Shown: in pieces, positions 20,520 through 30,003 of the stretch
Position numbering within the stretch: the stretch's first letter is position 1
Layout: every line of letters begins with the position of its first letter
From: a virus
Taxonomy: Duplodnaviria > Caudoviricetes
Reading direction: 5' to 3' (one strand)
Length of the DNA: 64,000 nt
IMG/VR virus record: IMGVR_UViG_3300007754_000852
The notes under the pieces: model-generated
Told to the model about the DNA's origin: nothing
The model's input: only the letters and a program-made list of their open reading frames with translations
Databases searched by the model: none
Made by a program: the position numbers and the translations under genes

Positions 20520-21749
20520 CTAAAAGTCAAGTCTGACCCTGAGAGACAAGCTCTTCTCATTGTTTTTTTCAACGGGTCTGCTTAGTTTAGCAACTGCAAG
20601 AAGATTATCGTGTGCATCATATAGCCCTACAGATGTAAAAAATGTAAATGATTGCTGCCTGTTCTCCACTCCTCCCTCAAGCACGTTTATTGTGTCGCTT
20701 TCATCTGTATATGTTGGATTCGATGAATAATTAAACTCATCTGATCCCACCCTACAAAAAATCAAGGTCGAATTAATATTTGTTGCATTTTGAAATGTCA
20801 TGGCTGTGTATGTTCCAGAGCTAAATCTACATGTACAGACATGATCAAGAATATCATCAACTGACGCAGACACCATGAGATCTGGAATATATCTCGCCTT
20901 AGGGTTGCCTGATCCCGATGACCCTATTACCATAGTTCCAGCGGGTGGTCCAACAGCCGGACTATTTTCATTTATAGCGCATATTACACCTGAAACATGC
21001 TGTGATCCTGACATTATCTTATTTAGATCTAAAACGGCTATTCCTTTTTTATACCATAGAGACCCTACTATCTTTTTTGTAGGATTGTCTGCATTAGCTA
21101 TATGACCAACCTTTCCACCAAACATCGTTGTCTGTGTGGCTGTTGATCCAACGTCTGTGAAGATGTGAGATCCTGTCTCTGATGTAACGCTTAAATTAAA
21201 TCCAGGATTATGAGGATGATCGACAACTGACGCGGTTGAAAAAAACTTCATCGCAAATGTCTCAGGTTTTATCTCATCTCTGGTAAATTGACGCTTAAAA
21301 CTTATAAACAATGCCTCATCTATCTTATCAGACTCAAGTGTGCCAGTTACAGGTGATCTGAACTGAATATCTGCACTACCAAGAAGAAGCTGAGAATACT
21401 GTCTGTATATGTCTATCTTCTCATTCATCATAACAGACTGCGATGAAAATAAAAATTTCCCATAATAATCTACGCTTGTCACTGCATCTGTTACAGTTGT
21501 GCTTCCGCTATATAGACCAACTGTTATGTCAAAGACAGGATTAGCTGAGTGTAGAGAAAAATTATTATCATAGACTGTCTGAAATAATGATGATGTTATG
21601 CCAGGACCCTGGCCTCCTGTCATAAACGTCTGACGCTTCTTTCTTGATGACGATCCAGATATTCTCTGCTGGGATATATCAACCAACTGATGAAGAAACG
21701 ATCTTCCCGCACGTATATCAGACTGCGGTATTTCCTTAAAGATTGCCAA
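20520..21749 (-). CDS. Probable virion structural protein
   Basis: 409-aa Ser/Thr/Gly-rich beta protein with EFNYSSNPT and TSVGLYD...LLAVAKLSRP motifs; function inferred. Confidence 0.5.
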   Translation of the reverse strand: MAIFKEIPQSDIRAGRSFLHQLVDISQQRISGSSSRKKRQTFMTGGQGPGITSSLFQTVYDNNFSLHSANPVFDITVGLYSGSTTVTDAVTSVDYYGKFLFSSQSVMMNEKIDIYRQYSQLLLGSADIQFRSPVTGTLESDKIDEALFISFKRQFTRDEIKPETFAMKFFSTASVVDHPHNPGFNLSVTSETGSHIFTDVGSTATQTTMFGGKVGHIANADNPTKKIVGSLWYKKGIAVLDLNKIMSGSQHVSGVICAINENSPAVGPPAGTMVIGSSGSGNPKARYIPDLMVSASVDDILDHVCTCRFSSGTYTAMTFQNATNINSTLIFCRVGSDEFNYSSNPTYTDESDTINVLEGGVENRQQSFTFFTSVGLYDAHDNLLAVAKLSRPVEKNNEKSLSLRVRLDF

Positions 21750-21809
21750 CTGGACTCTCCAAACTTCTCACAATGTTTTATTATACCAATATATTAAGTA
21801 TGAGAAATA

Positions 21810-22220
21810 TCAGATAAGTTTTTTAACAATGATATTGCTATCTGTGAGAACGCTTAGCCCACTGGAATCCCTATATTCTTCATCATATATCACCTTTTTT
21901 ATTCCTGCATTAATAAGGGCCTTGCTGCACATTCGACATGGACTTAAGGTGACATACATTATTTTGTCCTTTGGATTGTTATAGTCCATCTTAAGCAGTG
22001 CATTAATTTCTGCATGTAGCATTCCAGACTCACCTGGTGTTAGTGACTCCACCTCATTTGGACCACCTTTGTGATCCCCGTTATATCCTACTGCTAAGAC
22101 CTGCGTGTTATCTGACGTTACAACAATTGCACCGACCTTGTGTCTTGGATCAATCGACCTTCTTGCAATTGAATGTGCAAACTCCATCCAGATCTGATCC
22201 CATTTCGGTCTATGCTCCAT
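21810..22220 (-). CDS. dCMP deaminase
   Basis: KVGAIVV, GYNG, HAEINAL, TLSPCRMC. Confidence 0.92.
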   Translation of the reverse strand: MEHRPKWDQIWMEFAHSIARRSIDPRHKVGAIVVTSDNTQVLAVGYNGDHKGGPNEVESLTPGESGMLHAEINALLKMDYNNPKDKIMYVTLSPCRMCSKALINAGIKKVIYDEEYRDSSGLSVLTDSNIIVKKLI

Positions 22221-22234
22221 TGTAACCTCCCGAA

Positions 22235-22462
22235 CTAAAAGGGATTCTCCTCACAGTATCGAATTATCTCCATGATGTCATCAACAAAGGAGTCATCTAG
22301 ATCCTTATAAGACTCACCTAGAATGTCTCTGATTGTCTTCCAGATGTGTGCATGGGCATTCCTACCTTTTGGATGCTTCGAGGTCTCTGGCAGCTTACTG
22401 CTTAGGCTTCTTGCTGCTTCTTCGACCCTTTCCTGCACTCTTTTTTGGTTTTTTGGGCTCAT
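22235..22462 (-). CDS. Hypothetical protein
   Basis: 75-aa ORF, HPKGRNAHAHIW; overlaps the DHH gene tail. Confidence 0.6.
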   Translation of the reverse strand: MSPKNQKRVQERVEEAARSLSSKLPETSKHPKGRNAHAHIWKTIRDILGESYKDLDDSFVDDIMEIIRYCEENPF

Positions 22463-23447
22463 CCTTTTTCTCTGGCTTCTCTAGCTCATCTAGAAGTGAC
22501 TCAAGACCTTCGACGACGACGTTCTTGTCAGTGTCACCCTTCTTCTCAAGTGACTCCTTTATCTTTTTTATCTCCTCACGGGCACTTGACGTGTCAACCT
22601 TCTCCTCAACAACATCAAAGAGATTGTCAACAATTGTGTTTCCAGTCAGTGTAAATCCTGCTGCCTTCGGATGCCCGCCGCCGCCAAACTCCTTTGCAAC
22701 CTCTGACACATCGACCTTGTCGTGAAATGCCCTAAGGCTCACCCTGATGTTCCTCTTCTCATGGTCGTAATACCATATCACCGCAAAGTCACAGTCATGT
22801 GATAACCTTGCACCGATCTCAGACATCCAGTGCGATGCATTGACGACAAGAACATCATGACCCATGTATTTTCTCGGTTTTGCTTTCTCACACACCTTTC
22901 TAACAACTGACTTAGAATACTCAAGGATGTAACTACCTTTCTTAACTGCTGCGTCAAACACTGAGTCATCTTCAAATTTCTCAAACTCCTCAAAGTCAAA
23001 CGGAACCATGTCAAATGACGCTGAAAATTCTTTTGAGTAAGGTAGTTCCCACTTCCACAGGTCACGATCCTCGATATACCTAAGGAATTTAGGTGGTTCC
23101 TTTCCTGGGTGGAAGAAATTCCATGAGATTATCGTCCCAGAATGTTTCAGGTCAAATATTGTCTCCGTGATATCATGTAGCTCAACAACTGCTGACTTGT
23201 GATGATCAAGAACAATTAATGAATTTGCCTTTTCAATCAGCTCCTTTGTTGTCTCATTGCTAAAACTGAAATCGCAGATCGCGACGTTTTTTCCCTCGAC
23301 GTCTGGCGGAGCATCTCCATGAGCACATGCAACATATGCTGCTCTATTACCAAGCAGCTTCCATGCTGCATATGCACTTCCCTGCCCATCACTACAGTTC
23401 TTATGATAGATCACCAAATCTACGTCATTTGGATTAGGTCTTGCCAT
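22395..23447 (-). CDS. DHH/DHHA1 phosphoesterase
   Basis: YHKNCSDG, ICDFSF, LDHHKS, DRDLW, SLR, GGGGHPKAAG. Confidence 0.9.
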   Translation of the reverse strand: MARPNPNDVDLVIYHKNCSDGQGSAYAAWKLLGNRAAYVACAHGDAPPDVEGKNVAICDFSFSNETTKELIEKANSLIVLDHHKSAVVELHDITETIFDLKHSGTIISWNFFHPGKEPPKFLRYIEDRDLWKWELPYSKEFSASFDMVPFDFEEFEKFEDDSVFDAAVKKGSYILEYSKSVVRKVCEKAKPRKYMGHDVLVVNASHWMSEIGARLSHDCDFAVIWYYDHEKRNIRVSLRAFHDKVDVSEVAKEFGGGGHPKAAGFTLTGNTIVDNLFDVVEEKVDTSSAREEIKKIKESLEKKGDTDKNVVVEGLESLLDELEKPEKKDEPKKPKKSAGKGRRSSKKPKQ

Positions 23448-23450
23448 ATA

Positions 23451-24017
23451 TTAGTCCAGATTGTTTACAAAACTATGATATTCCCAACAGCGAGGCTCAT
23501 ATAAATCTGATCCACCAATGGTTATCTCATCAATACAATCACTTTTTCTATGAGTGTAATATGCATCTCTTCCTGTTACTGGACAAACTGCCGGACATAT
23601 CTCGATCTTTGTTGCCCAGGGCATCATGTCTCGAACCTCTTCAAATACCTTTCCTGTCGCAGATAACTGTAGAGATGAAACGACAATCGTCTTTCCCTTT
23701 CTAAAAAGATAAATAAGAGCTCTAGCAACGTCATCGATCATAAATGCCTCATCAACAGCAATAACATTAGCTGAGCCATCTGAGCTCTTGACGTGATTAA
23801 CTATATCGTCTCCGCTCTCAACTATTATAGCCTTCAACATTCCACCATTATGCGTTGTTATATCTCCGCTTGCATACCTATCATCTAACTTTGGCTTAAA
23901 CGATAGAACAGTTTTATTCTGATACCTGAATCTATCAACTGCGCCTAACAGTCTCGTTGTCTTTGATCCAAACATTGGTCCTGTAAATATTATAAACTCA
24001 GGCGATCTCACTTGCAC
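23451..24017 (-). CDS. tdk: Thymidine kinase
   Basis: GPMFGSKTT, KPKLDDRY, VDEA, IGGSDLYEPRC. Confidence 0.88.
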   Translation of the reverse strand: MQVRSPEFIIFTGPMFGSKTTRLLGAVDRFRYQNKTVLSFKPKLDDRYASGDITTHNGGMLKAIIVESGDDIVNHVKSSDGSANVIAVDEAFMIDDVARALIYLFRKGKTIVVSSLQLSATGKVFEEVRDMMPWATKIEICPAVCPVTGRDAYYTHRKSDCIDEITIGGSDLYEPRCWEYHSFVNNLD

Positions 24018-24409
24018 GTTCTCCCATAGTCATCATCTAGTCTTGTGAATTGACTTTTCTTATTATTTCCTATTTCAATAATCTCACTATTTTCAATTGC
24101 AGTAATTCTATACGGGCTACATGACTGGACGTGCAACACATCACCTGGAAAAAACTCATCAATCACATACGGCCTTTCATCCTCTTTTGTCAATGTCAAT
24201 TGATCTCCATGCTGTATTAAAACCTTTCCGCTAAGCACATATAACACCTCATCCTTATGATTATTATATTTTAAACTTGTTCTATTTCCTGCTTCAATGG
24301 ATAAAATTTTTCCATGAACTCCTGGTAGTGCACTCCAGACAATCTCATAACCCCATGGCTTTTTAACTTTTTCACTGCGTCCTTTCCACGAGCACTTATT
24401 CATCTTCAT
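24008..24409 (-). CDS. Cupin, mannose-6-phosphate isomerase type II C-terminal-like
   Basis: VKKPWGYE, GKILSIEAGNRTSL...KDEVLYVLSG, RLDDDYGR. Confidence 0.8.
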   Translation of the reverse strand: MKMNKCSWKGRSEKVKKPWGYEIVWSALPGVHGKILSIEAGNRTSLKYNNHKDEVLYVLSGKVLIQHGDQLTLTKEDERPYVIDEFFPGDVLHVQSCSPYRITAIENSEIIEIGNNKKSQFTRLDDDYGRTCK

Positions 24410-25430
24410 TTACTCCCCACCACCTAAGTGTTCTCTCAAGACCTTCCCAAAATCTCACTTGCACCTCATACCCGAGATCTCGCTGAACCTTAGAGATGTC
24501 TGCCTGTGTATGCATTACATCTCCAGGACGCCACGGAGCGTGTCTAACAACAGCATGACTAAACCTATTAGTAAAAAAGTCAAGAACTTCCTTGTTAGAT
24601 GTCCTATCTCCACACGATACATTATATGCACTTCCTAAAAATGACTTGTTAGATGTTGCTGCTAAGACGTTTGCCTCAACTGCATTGTCAACATAGCACA
24701 TGTCTCTTGACTGACTTCCATCACCGTCACTTCTTAGCGGGAGACCATTTTTAATTGCATTACACCACGCTGATATCGCTGTGGAGTATGGTGAATCTCC
24801 ATACTGTCCTGGCCCGAATACATTAAAGTATCTTAAACACACGATGTCAAGATCATAAAGGTCGCCAAATAGCCTTGCAGCATCCTCTATTGCACTTTTT
24901 TGCCAGGCATATGGTGACTTAGGTGATTTTTGTGTTTCCTCTCCTGTAGGAAGAACTTCTGCGCCGCCATAGACTGACGATGATGATGCCCACACGACAC
25001 GGTCGACGTTATTCACGCATACCTCAAAGAGCCTAATAGTCCCTGCTATATTTACATCAGTTGTCAGCGATGGATTTTCAACTGAATATGATACCCTTGG
25101 AATCGCTGCCTGATGAAATACCACATCATACATTTTTTCTGATATGTTCCTAATGATCTCCTTATGAGAAAAATCTCCCTGTATCACGAGAACTGCCTTA
25201 TCATCTCTATCTGTTACAGCACTGTAAAAATTTTGCAATAAATCTACAGGAACAACTCTCATGGCTACACCTTCAAGCAATTCAAGATGTCCATTTGACA
25301 TATCATCAACTACATCAACCTTCCAGCCATCACTCACAAGACGCTTTGTTAGATTTGATCCAATAAATCCGCAACCTCCGGTCACTAAAGCTCTTTTCAT
25401 CTTTTCTCCATTCTCATTAATTTTACTCAA
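24396..25430 (-). CDS. NAD-dependent NDP-sugar epimerase/dehydratase (extended SDR)
   Basis: VTGGCGFIGSNL, HQAA, ASSSSVYG, YAWQK (YxxxK), LRYFNVFGP, RDMCYV, RPGDV. Confidence 0.93.
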   Translation of the reverse strand: MSKINENGEKMKRALVTGGCGFIGSNLTKRLVSDGWKVDVVDDMSNGHLELLEGVAMRVVPVDLLQNFYSAVTDRDDKAVLVIQGDFSHKEIIRNISEKMYDVVFHQAAIPRVSYSVENPSLTTDVNIAGTIRLFEVCVNNVDRVVWASSSSVYGGAEVLPTGEETQKSPKSPYAWQKSAIEDAARLFGDLYDLDIVCLRYFNVFGPGQYGDSPYSTAISAWCNAIKNGLPLRSDGDGSQSRDMCYVDNAVEANVLAATSNKSFLGSAYNVSCGDRTSNKEVLDFFTNRFSHAVVRHAPWRPGDVMHTQADISKVQRDLGYEVQVRFWEGLERTLRWWGVNEDE

Positions 25431-26334
25431 TTATGTGCGCAGAGTTTAAATTCATTCTAATTCTCGCAGATGTACAATTTACACCAATTCTTTTCCAACA
25501 TTCCGACGCAAGATAGTAAAGAAACCTTAAGTCGTGTTCAAACAGCCTGACAACATCGCATGATCTTATCACACAATGAAAATCCATTATTTTATTTCTC
25601 TGACTAACTTGAATAAATGATATACAAGAATCATCAGTGTATACAAACCTTCTAGAAAAAATATCTTCCTTTCTCAGATACTCATTTTCTCCTGACATCT
25701 CTGATTCTATCTTTTTAAGAAGTGCTAAGAATATCTTTATGTAGTATTCTGACTCTGGCTCAAATTCTAAACTTTTTGGTGTTGCTTCCCTAAATTCTCC
25801 GTCGTCATGCAGTGTCAGCTGGAGCGGGAAGACCTCACTCCTCTCTGTCTGTCTTACAACCTTAGCTACAATACCTGCAACATCTTTGAGCTGAAATTTT
25901 TCATGTGACGTTAATTCATCTATAACATGATCAGCTATATCATTTATTGGTGAGCTTTCAGATGTTATTCTTACAGCTAACGGATGATCATTTAAACGCT
26001 TAAACTCTTTTTTAAACGACCTATGAACAGACTTTAAAGATCTAGCGTCGTGGATCTCATCTCCTCTCTTTTCAAATCTCTTCTTTATTACCCTAAACGG
26101 CAGATCGATGATAACATACCTGTTATTTAAATTGTACATCTCTCTGTGTAGATGGTCTTCCATATAGTCAATAGACCTACCATACATCTCTGAAAACACC
26201 TTTCTAGATAGCTGTGATCTATCCATGAGGTGCCACCGATACCCAGTTTTTTTATGAATCTCCCGAATCAGAGACGTCTTTCCTGAACAGTCTGGACCCT
26301 CTACAAATATTGTATGTGCTGGAAATGATAACAC
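25423..26334 (-). CDS. dNMP kinase fused to a compact thymidylate-synthase/dCMP-hydroxymethylase-like domain
   Basis: P-loop VEGPDCSGKT, MDRS; then SRR, C-x4-Q-x14-RSCD-x7-D, SAH. Confidence 0.75.
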   Translation of the reverse strand: MLSFPAHTIFVEGPDCSGKTSLIREIHKKTGYRWHLMDRSQLSRKVFSEMYGRSIDYMEDHLHREMYNLNNRYVIIDLPFRVIKKRFEKRGDEIHDARSLKSVHRSFKKEFKRLNDHPLAVRITSESSPINDIADHVIDELTSHEKFQLKDVAGIVAKVVRQTERSEVFPLQLTLHDDGEFREATPKSLEFEPESEYYIKIFLALLKKIESEMSGENEYLRKEDIFSRRFVYTDDSCISFIQVSQRNKIMDFHCVIRSCDVVRLFEHDLRFLYYLASECWKRIGVNCTSARIRMNLNSAHIIE

Positions 26335-29300
26335 TATGCCACGTTCACCTGTTTCATCTTATATGACGACGTAGAACACCCCCACGATTCACTGGACGAA
26401 ACCTCAGCCAGCCATATTGTGTACAAGCCTGGGACAGTTTTAAACTTCGTCCACACGCGAAGCCAGGCGCTTTCTGAATTATTGTCACATACCTTCATTC
26501 TATAGAACACCTTTCCATTTTTTGTAGTTCTCTCTTCAATAGATTGAATGCAGAACCATGCAACTGTCTTCTCGCTTCCACTCATGCTAACAACTGACTT
26601 CACGCCAGACTCATTTATCTTTTTCATAAGCTGTGGAGGAAAAATTAGATCCTCATCTGCACCTGCCATTAGATCAACACACATCTCAATTTTTTCAGAC
26701 CTTGACCAGTCGCTAAGATCGTGACTTTCAAGAATCTTCTCGTTGATAAAGACAGGAACTCGACCTGTATCTTTTATCATTCTCTTCACAGCTGTTTTTG
26801 TCATACCGTGTCTACCCTTCTTAAGAAGATCATAATTTCCAACAATTATCTCATGAAGCTGTCTATGATTTAAGATCTTTCCACTTTTCATCTCATCAAG
26901 AGATCCAAATGCCTCAACCTTACAAAGTGAATCGAAACACGTCTTATTCATCTTTGAAGGTTTCCACGTTCCTTCATCGGTAAATAGCATCTGGTCTATG
27001 CATGTAAATGGCCTTCGCATCATTATTTCCTGAACTGCTGACTTACCCACACCCTTTATTGCTGTGAGAGGAGGAACAAATCCTTCTCGATCATCACTGT
27101 AAACCCAGACGTCAGATGATGTATTGATGTCAGGAGGAAGAAACTTATATCCAAGAGATTTTATTTCCGCCATTATCTTTCCAAACTTTGGTGAGCCGTT
27201 CCACGTCTGAAGGCATGTCGCCAGCCACTCTTTTTCATAATATGTGTGAAGCCATGCAGAGTAATATGAGTCAACTGCATACGATACAGCGTGACTTGCG
27301 TTAAAGCCATATCCTGAGAAATATTCTATTGTCTCATATAGCTTCTCGGCCTTTTCCCTATCCATTCCGCTTAGGTTGACTGACCCATCTACAAATTTCT
27401 TTCTAAGATCAATTCTTTCCTGAACCTTTGCTGCGTTTGAATCAAGAGATTTCTTTACAAGAGTCTTTCTCATCTTGTCAGACTCACCTTTATCAAACCC
27501 TGCTAGCTTCTGTGCTAACATCATAAACTGCTCTTGAAAACACAGATAGGAATATGTCTTGCCTGTAACCTCCTCTATGACAGGATGGTCGTATGATATT
27601 TTCTTACCGGCATCAACTTCTTGCTTAGTCTTTACATACTTCTTATCGACCTTTGCTGCTAAAGGTCCTGGACGATATATTGCGGTAATTGTAGCAAGAT
27701 CATCAATCGATCGTGGCTTTGCATTTTGACAAAACTTTCTTGCACCAGAATTTACAAACTGAAAGATTTGAACGAATCGCCCACCATGATACACATATTC
27801 CCACACCCTTTGATCATCCATGTCATGATATCTGCTGTTTAAGTGATCATCAAAGAACTTATTTATCTGATCGAATGAAGGATTTTCAACACCTTTCTTT
27901 CTTAAAACTAGCCTAATGGTGTCCTCCACCATCTTCAATGTCGCAAGACCAAGAAAGTCAAACTTTAGAAATCCATTCTCTTCTAGATGCCTAAAGTTCA
28001 TTCCTTCAGACCACGGTGTCTGCAACTCACCTCTGACTTTGACTATCGGCATGTGGGTCTCAAGATCAGGACACACCAAGACGCCGCCAGCGTGTCTGCC
28101 AATAGACCTCAACTCCATAAATAGTGTTTGAACATGCTCAGAAACCTTAGGGTATTTTTTCATAAACTTCTGGTATGGTTCACTATATTTCATGCAATCC
28201 TCATGAGTCAAAACATATGTTGATTTTTCCTCGTGGTCTCCCATAGCACGAGGCATCACCTCTCTTTCTAAAGGGTTTGTGAGCTTATTGACTTCATCAA
28301 ATGGAATCCCGTAAAACTTAGACACATCTTTGATCAATGATTTGAGTTTTAATGTATTAAAATTTGATACAGGAATTACAGAATCGTCTCCAAAGAGCTC
28401 TCTTGACACATCGATTAAAACATCTCGATCTCCGACGTCTGTATCAATATCAGGCCAGCTTGCTTTATGAAGACCCAAAAATCTCTCAAAGAGAAGATTA
28501 TACTTTATTGGATCAACATGAGTTATTCCTAAGACATAATTAACAAGACTACCCGCACCTGATCCCCTTCCCGGACCTATCAGGGTTTGATTCTTAGCCT
28601 TATCAAACACTTTAGTTAAGGTTAAAAAGTAGTTTTCAAACCCTAGTTCTTTAATGACAGAAAGCTCTTCTTTGACCCTGACGAGATATTCAGGCTTCTC
28701 ATGAAGGTCTGACTTTATCATTCCTTCCTTTACCTGATCAACTAATTGTCCGAATGCTGACCTTTGGGGTGTTGTAAAGTCTGGAAGTTTTGCGCTGTTA
28801 CCGTCAAACCAAACCTCATCACACATATCCCACGCAATGCCATAGGTTCTCCCAATTGAATCCTTTACTGTGTTCTCATGACCGCGATAGAAGTCATATT
28901 GATCATAGCCTTTCTTAAATGACTCCCACATCTGTTGAGCATTCTTTGGGTATAGCTCGCACTTTAGCTCACTCTTCTCTGGAAGTTTTGGCATCTCATC
29001 ATCTCTAGATCCCATTCTTCCTAAAATTTTATACATCTCTCGTGCCTCCCACATCTCAGGCCTGCAATAATGTGAGTCAGCAGTTGAGATAAGCGGGATA
29101 CCAGTTTTATCTGACAGCTCTAGAAGACATCGATTTGTAAGGTGTTGTGCGACAAGATCGTTAAATTGCAACTCTAAAAAGAAATTTTCTCTGCCAACAG
29201 CATCAACAAATCTATCAGTCATGTTCTCAAGCTTTCTCATCACTGACTTGAGAACATAGGGATCATCAACTAATCCTGGTGATAGCTCATCAAATTGCTT

Positions 29301-29936
29301 ATCTGGAAATTCCTGGAATATGTGACCTGATGCTCGGCCTCCCACACATGCTGTAGATACAATAAGCCCATCAGAATTTTCCTTTAGCATCTTGAAGTCA
29401 ATCCTTGGAAATCTATAAAACCCTTCCTTATATGACATCTTAATAAGCCTAAAAAGATTTTGGAGACCTTTGAAATTTTTCGCTATAACAACAAGATGAT
29501 ATCTCCTCTTCCACTCTGGGTATTCACCTCTATCTTTCTTTGTCTCATTTTCATTTTCAACAATGAGACCCTCACTTTCGTCTCCGTCATCTACAGAGAT
29601 CTTTCTTTTGGTCTCTCTCTCAAGCCTAACCCTCTCACGATGCTTATTGTAGTCATTTCTCCATTCTGATAGATCATCAACGAAATAGCACTCACATCCG
29701 TATATGTGCCTATACTGCTTCCCTTTTGTCTTTAGCTTCTTTGCATAGTTATGCGCATGAGCTGCTGAATTCATGTGACCGTGATTTGTTAAGGCTAGAG
29801 AATTCATTCCGTTCTCAAGAATGAAATCGATGTGCTCATTAGGATAGCCTAGACCGTCATAGACACTTGATCCATCATGTGCATGTAATCCGACAAATCG
29901 TCTGGGCGGAGAAATTTTATTAATTGACATTAGCAT
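26334..29936 (-). CDS. dnaE: DNA polymerase III alpha subunit
   Basis: PHP LHAH/TNHG/TADSHY, GRGSGAGSLV, PDIDTD, GRHAGG, KFDFLGL, RPGP, YGFNASHA; no intein. Confidence 0.97.
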   Translation of the reverse strand: MLMSINKISPPRRFVGLHAHDGSSVYDGLGYPNEHIDFILENGMNSLALTNHGHMNSAAHAHNYAKKLKTKGKQYRHIYGCECYFVDDLSEWRNDYNKHRERVRLERETKRKISVDDGDESEGLIVENENETKKDRGEYPEWKRRYHLVVIAKNFKGLQNLFRLIKMSYKEGFYRFPRIDFKMLKENSDGLIVSTACVGGRASGHIFQEFPDKQFDELSPGLVDDPYVLKSVMRKLENMTDRFVDAVGRENFFLELQFNDLVAQHLTNRCLLELSDKTGIPLISTADSHYCRPEMWEAREMYKILGRMGSRDDEMPKLPEKSELKCELYPKNAQQMWESFKKGYDQYDFYRGHENTVKDSIGRTYGIAWDMCDEVWFDGNSAKLPDFTTPQRSAFGQLVDQVKEGMIKSDLHEKPEYLVRVKEELSVIKELGFENYFLTLTKVFDKAKNQTLIGPGRGSGAGSLVNYVLGITHVDPIKYNLLFERFLGLHKASWPDIDTDVGDRDVLIDVSRELFGDDSVIPVSNFNTLKLKSLIKDVSKFYGIPFDEVNKLTNPLEREVMPRAMGDHEEKSTYVLTHEDCMKYSEPYQKFMKKYPKVSEHVQTLFMELRSIGRHAGGVLVCPDLETHMPIVKVRGELQTPWSEGMNFRHLEENGFLKFDFLGLATLKMVEDTIRLVLRKKGVENPSFDQINKFFDDHLNSRYHDMDDQRVWEYVYHGGRFVQIFQFVNSGARKFCQNAKPRSIDDLATITAIYRPGPLAAKVDKKYVKTKQEVDAGKKISYDHPVIEEVTGKTYSYLCFQEQFMMLAQKLAGFDKGESDKMRKTLVKKSLDSNAAKVQERIDLRKKFVDGSVNLSGMDREKAEKLYETIEYFSGYGFNASHAVSYAVDSYYSAWLHTYYEKEWLATCLQTWNGSPKFGKIMAEIKSLGYKFLPPDINTSSDVWVYSDDREGFVPPLTAIKGVGKSAVQEIMMRRPFTCIDQMLFTDEGTWKPSKMNKTCFDSLCKVEAFGSLDEMKSGKILNHRQLHEIIVGNYDLLKKGRHGMTKTAVKRMIKDTGRVPVFINEKILESHDLSDWSRSEKIEMCVDLMAGADEDLIFPPQLMKKINESGVKSVVSMSGSEKTVAWFCIQSIEERTTKNGKVFYRMKVCDNNSESAWLRVWTKFKTVPGLYTIWLAEVSSSESWGCSTSSYKMKQVNVA

Positions 29937-29956
29937 CTTACCGCATGAATATCATA

Positions 29957-29985
29957 ATTTTACCACACGCATGCAAGATGAACAA
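29957..29985 (-). promoter_or_regulatory. Sigma70-type promoter for the dnaE operon
   Basis: TTGTTC-N17-TAAAAT with TGG extension. Confidence 0.55.
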
Positions 29986-30003
29986 GAATTATGACTTAAA
30001 TCG

